The position numbers and the translations under genes were made by a program. Shown piece by piece: positions 49,208 through 56,839 of a stretch of 64,000 nt of DNA (positions within the stretch are counted from its first letter, which is position 1; every line of letters starts with the position of its first letter). The notes below the pieces were generated by a model. That model had not been told where the DNA came from and searched no databases. It worked only from the letters and a program-made list of their open reading frames with translations. The DNA is from an uncultured Atopobium sp. (GTDB lineage: Bacteria; Actinomycetota; Coriobacteriia; Coriobacteriales; Atopobiaceae), in NCBI GenBank assembly GCA_938015835.1, contig CALLVW010000030.1:10527-74526 (forward strand), given 5' to 3'.

Positions 49208-50419
49208 CTACAAAGAAAAAACACGAACCGTGACAGAAGCAGGATATCCGCTGGTAGGATCCTTAACAGTTGAGTAGGTTACAAAAGAATCGCAGTTACC
49301 TTCTCGAGCGGGGAATTCTCCGTAATCAACGCTTCTATCCATTGAATAGAGCCAGTTTGCCGTTTGGTTTTGCGTATCAACAAGCACGTAAGAAGCGCGA
49401 CTCTTAACTATGTAAAGGCTACCTTTACCTGCCGATATTGCATAAGGTTCACGCTCAATGACGTAAGGGTTTTCGCCTGAGGCGGGCAGGATATATGTTC
49501 CCATCTTACCCAACAGACCGCCCGAGTCATAACTTGCTTCAACCGACACAATGAACTTATCGTCTACGCGACTTGCTGCAAAAGGTTTGACAGATTGAGG
49601 CATGACAAGCTGGTCAACCTTGGTTTTAAGGTTGTCTCCCAGCAGGTATGCTGTAACGCCATAGTAGGTGCCTTCGGAGGCGCGAACTCGAGGAGTGAGG
49701 GTAACTACGCCCTTTGAGATAGACGGTGCAGTAGCAAATCTACCTGGAGATTCAACGGCATCCGTTCCCTCAGAATCCCCCACACGCCACACGTAGCAGT
49801 GCGAAGATTCACGGGTTTTCTCGCCAGAAGAAGCTGGTTGGACTAGCCAAACCACCTTATCGTCTCCACAGGCAAACGGAGCCGGATCCCAGTTTTTATC
49901 GGCCTTGTAGAGGACCTTTGCATCTCCAGTAAGCTTGCCGTCAGAAAATGGTGCGGCAAGAAGCTCCCAGTCGAAGGTTGTGGTGTCCACCTCAACCCAT
50001 GCATAAACGGAGTCGGAGCAACGAACGTCGTAAATTACGGCGGTGGTATTGTTCATCTGAGCCGCAGGAACAACGTCAACAACCTGGCCAGACGTCAGCG
50101 AAAGAGCAGAGCCCTTTACCATTGGCGTAGCAGATGCGCCGGCCGTGGTGACGGGAATCCAATTTCCATCGGCTGGATGCAACACGCTTCCCAAAGGAAG
50201 ACTCCAGGTCTGGCTAGGTTGGGTAGAATACTCCGTCGAGCTATAGGAGTCCAGCACATTTGTGCCAGAAGACTCATCAAGTACCAGCGGTTTTCCTGCA
50301 TCTCCCGAGCCTTCTTGATGAGAGCAGCCAGCCGTGATGCTAATTGCACCCGCAACTACGACACAAGCCGCTCCCGTCTTAAAGAAGTTTCGGCGAGAAA
50401 TGTTCCCAAACAGTGACAC
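49208..50419 (-). CDS. TAT-secreted lipoprotein of unknown function
   Basis: N-terminus SRRNFFKTGAACVVVAGAISITAGCS has a twin-arginine motif and a lipobox Cys. 403 aa, beta-rich, no recognised domain. GTG start 3 nt after the purB stop. Confidence 0.6.
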   Translation of the reverse strand: MSLFGNISRRNFFKTGAACVVVAGAISITAGCSHQEGSGDAGKPLVLDESSGTNVLDSYSSTEYSTQPSQTWSLPLGSVLHPADGNWIPVTTAGASATPMVKGSALSLTSGQVVDVVPAAQMNNTTAVIYDVRCSDSVYAWVEVDTTTFDWELLAAPFSDGKLTGDAKVLYKADKNWDPAPFACGDDKVVWLVQPASSGEKTRESSHCYVWRVGDSEGTDAVESPGRFATAPSISKGVVTLTPRVRASEGTYYGVTAYLLGDNLKTKVDQLVMPQSVKPFAASRVDDKFIVSVEASYDSGGLLGKMGTYILPASGENPYVIEREPYAISAGKGSLYIVKSRASYVLVDTQNQTANWLYSMDRSVDYGEFPAREGNCDSFVTYSTVKDPTSGYPASVTVRVFSL

Positions 50420-50422
50420 GAT

Positions 50423-51769
50423 TTAGTCCAATTCAAGATGCTCAAGACGGTCAAACAAAACGTTTGAACGGGTAAGGAATGCGCGAGGATCAAAGATTTT
50501 CTCAAGCTCCTCATGGCTCAGCGTACAGGCTGGATCTGCCTCAAGAAGCTCCTGGTAGGATGCTCCTTCCTTGCACTGCTGAATATCTGCCCAAACCTTC
50601 ATAGCGTTAGACTGAACAATCTTGTATGCCTCTTCACGAGTAATACCAGTGTTGACCAGGGCAAGAAGAACCTTTGACGAGAAGAGCATGCCACGGGTCT
50701 TATTGAGGTTGGCCATCATCTGCTCTGGATACAGGACCATGCCATCAAGCAGGAACTCAAGCTTTGACAGCATGTGGTCAAGAGCAATAAAGCTGTCTGC
50801 CTGGGCAACGCGCTCAGCGGAAGAGTGGCTGATATCACGCTCGTGCCAAAGAGCAACGTTATCAAAAGCAACCTGTGCATTGGCCTTAACTACGCGGGAC
50901 AAACCACAAATCTTCTCGGCAGTAATAGGGTTGCGCTTGTGAGGCATAGCGGAAGAGCCCTTCTGGCCCTTGCGGAATGGCTCCTCAGCCTCAAGGGTGT
51001 CAGTCTTCTGCAGCGCACGCATCTCAGTTGCAATACGCTCGCAGGTGGCGGCAACGGTTGCCAGAACACCAGCAAGGTACGCGTGGTGATCGCGAGAAAT
51101 TACCTGGGTTGAAAGTGGGTCGTGGACAAGACCGAGTTTCTCGCAAACATACTCCTCTACAAAAGGATCAATGGAAGAGTAGGTTCCAACAGCACCAGAA
51201 ATTGCACCATAGGCAACGTTTTTACGAGCATCCTTCAAGCGGTCAAGGTCGCGCTTAAACTCCCAGGCCCAGCTACCAAATTTCATGCCAAAGGTCATAG
51301 GCTCAGCATGAATGCCATGAGTACGACCAACGCAGAGGGTATCGCGCTCCTCAAATGCGCGACGCTTGCAGATAGCAGCGCAGCGACGAACCGCAGCAAT
51401 GAGCAAATCACACGCCTGTGTAAGCTGATAGCAAAGAGCGGTGTCGCCCAGGTCCGTTGAGGTCATGCCGTAGTGAACCCAGCGACTTGGCTTAAGCTCA
51501 CCCTCTGGAACCTTGGCATCAATGTAGGAGCCCATATTGGTCAGGAAGGCAATGACGTCGTGGTTGGTAACAGCCTCAATCTCGTCTACCTCAGCGCGGT
51601 TAAACGCAGCGTGCTCTCGAATCCAAGCTGCCTCTTCGCGAGAAATGCCAATAACACCAAGCTCAGCCTGTGCTTCGCACGCAAGGACTTCAATCTCCTG
51701 CCAAACGGCGTACTTGTTCTCCAAAGAAAAGATGTGGCCCATTTCTTTGCCGGTGTAGCGATCTACCAC
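50423..51769 (-). CDS. purB: adenylosuccinate lyase
   Basis: 448 aa. Fumarate-lyase family signature SSAMPHKRNP. GTG start with a GGAG RBS. Confidence 0.9.
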   Translation of the reverse strand: MVDRYTGKEMGHIFSLENKYAVWQEIEVLACEAQAELGVIGISREEAAWIREHAAFNRAEVDEIEAVTNHDVIAFLTNMGSYIDAKVPEGELKPSRWVHYGMTSTDLGDTALCYQLTQACDLLIAAVRRCAAICKRRAFEERDTLCVGRTHGIHAEPMTFGMKFGSWAWEFKRDLDRLKDARKNVAYGAISGAVGTYSSIDPFVEEYVCEKLGLVHDPLSTQVISRDHHAYLAGVLATVAATCERIATEMRALQKTDTLEAEEPFRKGQKGSSAMPHKRNPITAEKICGLSRVVKANAQVAFDNVALWHERDISHSSAERVAQADSFIALDHMLSKLEFLLDGMVLYPEQMMANLNKTRGMLFSSKVLLALVNTGITREEAYKIVQSNAMKVWADIQQCKEGASYQELLEADPACTLSHEELEKIFDPRAFLTRSNVLFDRLEHLELD

Positions 51770-51790
51770 GATGAGACTCCTTCTGCTCGT

Positions 51791-51827
51791 AAAGGAAAAG
51801 GTCAGGTACCACTATGGTACCCGACCT
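51791..51827 (-). terminator. intrinsic terminator after tRNA-Lys
   Basis: AAGGTCAGGTACC-loop-GGTACCCGACCTT hairpin with a minus-strand T-run, immediately before the purB RBS. Confidence 0.6.
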
Positions 51828-51837
51828 TTGAATTACC

Positions 51838-51913
51838 TGGTGGGCCGTTAGGGGTTCGAACCCTAGACCTTGGGATTAAAAGTCCCCTGCTCTACCAACT
51901 GAGCTAACGGCCC
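51838..51913 (-). tRNA. tRNA-Lys (anticodon UUU)
   Basis: Reverse complement GGGCCGUUAGCUCAGUUGGUAGAGC...anticodon loop CUUUUAA...GGTTCGAAC...ACGGCCCACCA. Confidence 0.9.
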
Positions 51914-51961
51914 ATTATCGGGCGTGGCAATTTTACCACGCAACTAGGATAGTGTAGCAGT

Positions 51962-53239
51962 TTACTCCCATGCCCATTGGCCATTTACGAAAATTGGTGT
52001 TTCTTTTCCATCGGCAGAAATTCCCCAAATGTTCAAATCGTCTGCACCAATCATAAAATCAACGTGTGTGGTGCTCTGATTAACACCGTGGGCCAAAAGC
52101 TCTTCTGGGCTCATTTCAAGGCCGCCCTTCAGGCACTCTGGAAAACCCATTCCAAGTGCTAAATGGCAACTAGCATTCTCGTCATACAAGGTGTCGTAGA
52201 ACAGAATGCCGCTCTGGCGAATAGGTGTGTTCTTAGAGATAAGAGCACATTCTCCCAGGTATTTACCGCCCTTCTGAGAAACAATAGAAGTCAGAACGTC
52301 TTTGCCCTGCTCAGCGCCGTAGTCAACAACCTCGCCGTCTTTGAAGGTAAACCAGAAGTTTTTAACAATCTGGCCGGCATGAATCAGAGGCAACGCAGAG
52401 TGAACAGTGCCGTTTACCTTGCGATAGTTTGGCGTTGTAAAGACTTCCTCGGTAGGAATGTTAGGGAAGAACAACGTTCCATCCTGCGTCTTTCCAGCGC
52501 CACCCTCCCAAAGATGTCCTGGATTCATGCCAATAGTCAGATTAGTTCCGTTTGAAGACTCATAACGAAGCTCTTCAAACTGATGAGAATTCATGAAGCG
52601 CTTGGTCTTCTCAAATGTTGCATTGTGGGTCTCCCAAGCACTCTGAGGATCTTCTCCACTTGCATGAGCAACGTCCAAAATTGCAATCCAAAGCCTGTAG
52701 ATTGCCTCAGCCTCAGAAAGCTCTGGGAAAATTACCTTTGCCCATTCAGCTGCAGGAACACCAGCAATACACCAAACGTTTTTACCAAAGTCCATACCGT
52801 TTCTAAAGACGTCGCACTCTAGGTTTCTTGCGCGAGAAACAGCAGCTGGCTTTTCTGGATCAATTCCCTTTAGACCATTTGGATCATCAGACGAGAGGAA
52901 CAAAAATGCTGCACCCTGCTCTGCAAGGGAGTTAAGCTGCTCAATCTTCCAGCTTGGTGTCTTAGAGAGACGCGCTAGGTCAACGTTTTCGTACATAATT
53001 CTTGAGGATTCTTGATCGCCCCAAATAACTGTGACAAATTCTGCGCCAGCCGCATAAGCTGCTCGCTGAACCCTACGGGCAAAATCAGCAATCTCAATTG
53101 AAGCGTTAATTACCAGCTGACTTCCCTCAGAAATTGCGCATCCCTTCTTAACAAGAAGCTCTGCGTATTTATCAATCTGATCAGACAGCGCATCAAGGGC
53201 AATCTTTACCTCTTGATCTGTCATAGGAATTTGTGCCAT
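51962..53239 (-). CDS. aminopeptidase, M29 (AmpS/PepS) family
   Basis: N-terminal region ELLVKKGCAISEGSQLVINASIEIADFARRVQRAAYAAGAEFVTVIW resembles aminopeptidase II/T family proteins of about 410-430 aa. The ATG at 53239 has an AAGGGA RBS. Confidence 0.65.
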   Translation of the reverse strand: MAQIPMTDQEVKIALDALSDQIDKYAELLVKKGCAISEGSQLVINASIEIADFARRVQRAAYAAGAEFVTVIWGDQESSRIMYENVDLARLSKTPSWKIEQLNSLAEQGAAFLFLSSDDPNGLKGIDPEKPAAVSRARNLECDVFRNGMDFGKNVWCIAGVPAAEWAKVIFPELSEAEAIYRLWIAILDVAHASGEDPQSAWETHNATFEKTKRFMNSHQFEELRYESSNGTNLTIGMNPGHLWEGGAGKTQDGTLFFPNIPTEEVFTTPNYRKVNGTVHSALPLIHAGQIVKNFWFTFKDGEVVDYGAEQGKDVLTSIVSQKGGKYLGECALISKNTPIRQSGILFYDTLYDENASCHLALGMGFPECLKGGLEMSPEELLAHGVNQSTTHVDFMIGADDLNIWGISADGKETPIFVNGQWAWE

Positions 53240-53370
53240 GTTGTTCCCTTCAACCATCAGTCCGCGTAATTCGAGTAATTAAGCACGCTCTATCAAAGAT
53301 ATATCCAAAATATTTCCGCTCAACTTCTACCCGAACAACCTTCTTCACAACGCCAAATTTCAATCTTGTC

Positions 53371-53395
53371 CATAAAAAGAGCCCCGAAGGGCTCT
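53371..53395 (-). terminator. intrinsic terminator after tRNA-Gly
   Basis: AAGAGCCC-CGAA-GGGCTCTT hairpin with a minus-strand T-run. Confidence 0.7.
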
Positions 53396-53405
53396 TGTAT
53401 GTCTT

Positions 53406-53480
53406 TGGAGCGGGCAACGGGATTCGAACCCGCGGATGATGGCTTGGGAAGCCATTGCCTTACCACTTGGCGATACCCGC
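53406..53480 (-). tRNA. tRNA-Gly (anticodon CCC)
   Basis: Reverse complement GCGGGUAUCGCCAAGUGGUAAGGC...anticodon loop UUCCCAA...GGTTCGAAT...UGCCCGCUCCA. Confidence 0.85.
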
Positions 53481-53895
53481 AATTGTGTAGATTTTATCAC
53501 AGTATTTTTTGCCTTTTGATTGCTTGCTTAGCAACTAGATAAAAGTTTGATGAGTTGCTTTCTGCCTAGCTGCGCATATACAACAAATATGCGCCTACAC
53601 AAATTTTCTCCGTCAGAAACTGGACAGGCGCTGGTCAGAATAGGCACAAAGTCACTCTTTAGCATGCTCTCCAACGAAAGGAGCGCTATGCAAAAGTACT
53701 TCTGGCGAGAGACCCCCGCACACCACTATCCCACCTCTTATAGGCGCCTGCTCTCCACCCGACAACTCCGCCTTCCTCGGGCAAAGCTGCTTGGCGGAGA
53801 CCCCGTCATGCCAAGCAGCTTCCCTTCTGTAGGACATGCGGGTCTGCGGGCACGTCTAGCAGACAGGTTTTCTCGCAAACCTGAGGCTCCGCCAT

Positions 53896-53925
53896 AAAGA
53901 AAAAGACCGGTGAAGCACCGGTCTT
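53896..53925 (-). terminator. intrinsic terminator of the Fur-family regulator gene
   Basis: AAGACCGGTG-AAG-CACCGGTCTT hairpin with a minus-strand T-run. Confidence 0.7.
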
Positions 53926-53951
53926 AAAGAAAGCTGTTTTGTTGCAACACA

Positions 53952-54353
53952 TTAGTTAACGCTGTGATTGAGCGCTGGGTTCTTAGCTAGGCACTCGTTA
54001 CAAATACCCGTAAAGCACAGAGCGTAAGAGTCAATCTCGCCGCAAGAATCCTTAGTGAGGCTGGTAAGGTCCCTCAGAACTGGTCCGTCGACATCAAAGA
54101 CACGGCCACACTCATGACACTGGAAGTGTGCATGCTCGGTTGTTGTCGGATCAAAACGAGAGATATTATCGCCGGTATTAACAACCTGGAGCTCGCCTGC
54201 GTCAACAAGCTGCATAAGGTTACGGTAAACAGTTCCAAGAGAGATGTTTGGTAACTCCTCTCTTACTGCTGCATACACACTATCTGCTGTTGGATGGTCA
54301 TGGCGACCTTCCATATACGTACGAATTGCCTCACGTTGCTTGCTGTAACGCAC
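53952..54353 (-). CDS. Fur-family metalloregulator (PerR-like)
   Basis: 133 aa. HPTADSVY plus ISLGTVYRNL recognition helix, and HxH and CxxC...CxxC metal sites (HECG...CNEC). GTG start. Confidence 0.8.
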   Translation of the reverse strand: MRYSKQREAIRTYMEGRHDHPTADSVYAAVREELPNISLGTVYRNLMQLVDAGELQVVNTGDNISRFDPTTTEHAHFQCHECGRVFDVDGPVLRDLTSLTKDSCGEIDSYALCFTGICNECLAKNPALNHSVN

Positions 54354-54365
54354 GATAACCTCATT

Positions 54366-54408
54366 AATTAGTAAGTGTTACTGATTACTGAATACGTTAA
54401 CACTAATT
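54366..54408. promoter_or_regulatory. imperfect 43-bp palindrome between the Fur-family gene and the adhesin gene (candidate Fur/PerR operator)
   Basis: AATTAGTAAGTGTTA ... TAACACTAATT arms, seen in the sequence 13-55 nt upstream of the regulator start. Confidence 0.45.
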
Positions 54409-54500
54409 GTCTATATGTTGCAACAAAAGCTCACGTTTATGCATTACCAATTATCTCTATATACGCAATCTACCTCTGATTTTTCAGTTTGGAGGCACGC

Positions 54501-56756
54501 ATGTTTATCACAAAATCCTCAAAACCTAAGAAGGAAACAGCTACACGAAGACAAACTTCTTCTTCTGTCTTTCACTTCTGGTTTATCCCTCTGTTGATTG
54601 GAGCTCTTCTCCTTAGTCATTTTTTCCTAAAGCCTGCTCATAGACTTGCTTTTGCACAAGAGCCCTCTTTTACTGTTGCACAAAGAGAAGATTTTCCTGG
54701 TGGACAACAAATTCCTATGTGGACCGCTAGTGACGGTACGTATCTTTACTGTGGAGATGAGTTCAATCACTATGGTGCCTGGCCAGGAGCAACTGGAAGT
54801 GTAATTGACCCGCAGTCTTATACAAAACTCACCTCAGCTAACGGTGCTCGCGGTGGAACGTATACCGCTGAGCAGCTTAGAGCTATTGACTACATCATTT
54901 ATCACGGAGCTACTGCGTCCCAAGAAAAAGACGTATATGGATATACGGGCTGGAGAGCTCGCGCTATTACACAGTTTGCACTATGGGCCGTTATGCGTGG
55001 TGAAGCCCATGCACTTGCGGTAAGTGTTCCTCAGACAGAGCTTCATCAACCTATTGAGCAGTTCTATTCCGATGCTATGAACTATGCTCAAAACAATGGT
55101 GGCGGTCCAGAAAGCGGAGTTGCAAAGCTCTTTGTACCTACAGGAGACAAGCAGGTTCTGTTTTTCTTTGGGCAGCAAGCTGGCTCACTCAAAATTACCA
55201 AAAGCTCCTTATTGCCTGATGTCACCTCCAATAACGAGTACTACTCCCTAGAAGGCGCTGTCTACGGAGTATATTCCGACGAGAGTTGTACCAATCTTCT
55301 TTGCAGTCTCACTCTTGATAAATATGGTTCTGCAACACTCAATGAGCTTCCAGTTAGAACGGTGTATGTAAAGGAAACCTCTGCTCCAAAAGGTTTTCTT
55401 CTTGACCCGTCGGTTTATGCTGTAGAAATAACAAACCAGAAAGAGAGCACTTTCACAGTTACCGATACTCCTATCGGAGAGTTTAATCTACGCATTTCAA
55501 AACAAGACTTTGACCACAGCACTAGCCTCGACGAAGACGCTCGTTCTGAGCAGCAAAGCGCTTCTCCCCAAGGAAACGCAACGCTTCAAGGCGCGCTTTT
55601 TAAAGTGACCTATAGTGACTCTGCTGAAACAACACTAAGAACATGGGTTTTCTCGACAGATGCCCAAGGTTTTGTTTCTTTTGATGCAGACCATAAGGTT
55701 TCTGGAGATGACCTCTTTACTCTTGGCGAGAAACCCTGGCTACCTTTGGGGTATTACCAAATCGAAGAAATTCAAGCTCCTGAGGGTTATAAGCTTCCGG
55801 AAAATTCGCTTCAAACTTGGAAACTATCAAACCAAGACGGCAATCTTATCTGGACGAATCTTTCTAGTGGAAAAGAGAATTCCTCGTCTGAGCACTCCTT
55901 TACCTTTAAAGATGAGGTAATAAGGGGAGGTCTTAGAGTTAAGAAAATCGGACACACTTCTCTAAGTTCATCTGATGGTTATTCTGAAGTAGATGAAATG
56001 CCAAGTCTGAAGGGCGCCAAAATTGAGCTAACTAATAGCTCTGCTCAACCCATCTTCTACCAGGGAAAATGGATTGCTCCTCACGAAGTTGTCACCACAG
56101 TAGATACAAACGAGCTCGGAGAGGCTGCCGTTGAAGGTCTTCCCTTTGGCTCCTATTCACTTAAAGAGATTACGGCTCCAGCAGGATACTCTCTTAACAA
56201 AGAATGGAACCCAACGGTTACCCTTACTTCTGAAGAGACCGTAGAAGCGCCCGAGCTCATTGATGAAAGAATTTCTTTACAAACAATGCTTGTAGATGCT
56301 GCTGGATCAAAAAATCCTGAATATGCCGAGAAACTCAATCTTGTTGATCACATTAAATACGAGGGTCTTACCCCAGGAGAAGAGTACGAAATTACCGGAG
56401 AGCTCTATGAAACAAAACAGCTCCAAGAAGGTACAGCGGAGCCCATCGCTCGCGGAACTGTCCGCTTCAAAGCTCCTACCTCATCGGGAGAAGCTGCGGT
56501 TCCTTTTTCTGTAAGGACTGCCTCACTTGAAGGTAAAGAAGTTACCGCCTACGAAACCATCTCAAAAGATGGTGAGAAAGTTGCTTCGCACACCGATAGT
56601 CACTCTAAAGCACAAACTATTCGTGTGACGCCTAAGCCCCATCTTCCTGGAACAGCAGATAATGCCTACGCAGTTCCCCTTTTACTCGCCTTGGCAGGAT
56701 CAGTACTTATTGGATGCGCTCATGTATTTACAGCAAAAATAAGACGCTCCTTTTAG
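54501..56756 (+). CDS. sortase-anchored surface adhesin with putative N-terminal thioester domain and CnaB-type repeats
   Basis: Signal peptide; a TQFALW motif (the TQxA(I/V/L)W Gln motif of thioester domains) with an upstream Cys (YLYCGDEF); at least three CnaB-like G.Y.L.E..AP.GY repeats; C-terminal LPGTA sorting signal followed by a hydrophobic helix and KIRRSF tail. The ATG at 54501 has a GGAGG RBS; the track ORF starts at TTG 54489. Confidence 0.75.
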   Translation: MFITKSSKPKKETATRRQTSSSVFHFWFIPLLIGALLLSHFFLKPAHRLAFAQEPSFTVAQREDFPGGQQIPMWTASDGTYLYCGDEFNHYGAWPGATGSVIDPQSYTKLTSANGARGGTYTAEQLRAIDYIIYHGATASQEKDVYGYTGWRARAITQFALWAVMRGEAHALAVSVPQTELHQPIEQFYSDAMNYAQNNGGGPESGVAKLFVPTGDKQVLFFFGQQAGSLKITKSSLLPDVTSNNEYYSLEGAVYGVYSDESCTNLLCSLTLDKYGSATLNELPVRTVYVKETSAPKGFLLDPSVYAVEITNQKESTFTVTDTPIGEFNLRISKQDFDHSTSLDEDARSEQQSASPQGNATLQGALFKVTYSDSAETTLRTWVFSTDAQGFVSFDADHKVSGDDLFTLGEKPWLPLGYYQIEEIQAPEGYKLPENSLQTWKLSNQDGNLIWTNLSSGKENSSSEHSFTFKDEVIRGGLRVKKIGHTSLSSSDGYSEVDEMPSLKGAKIELTNSSAQPIFYQGKWIAPHEVVTTVDTNELGEAAVEGLPFGSYSLKEITAPAGYSLNKEWNPTVTLTSEETVEAPELIDERISLQTMLVDAAGSKNPEYAEKLNLVDHIKYEGLTPGEEYEITGELYETKQLQEGTAEPIARGTVRFKAPTSSGEAAVPFSVRTASLEGKEVTAYETISKDGEKVASHTDSHSKAQTIRVTPKPHLPGTADNAYAVPLLLALAGSVLIGCAHVFTAKIRRSF

Positions 56757-56777
56757 TTGAGCAGCCTTGCCTTAGTG

Positions 56778-56820
56778 CAAAAAAGAAAGGGCAGAAATCT
56801 CTGCCCTTTCTTAAAAATTT
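56778..56820. terminator. bidirectional intrinsic terminator between convergent genes
   Basis: GAAAGGGCAG-AAATCT-CTGCCCTTTC hairpin flanked by an A-run and a T-run. Confidence 0.75.
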
Positions 56821-56839
56821 GTACTAGTTTCTTGTTCGT

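Noticed and set aside
53547-53897. 116-aa plus-strand ORF and 61-aa minus ORF in the tRNA-Gly to fur gap
   Set aside because: Arg/Pro/Ser-rich composition typical of out-of-frame GC-rich sequence, and no RBS. The region is more consistent with a structured RNA (reported as a finding).
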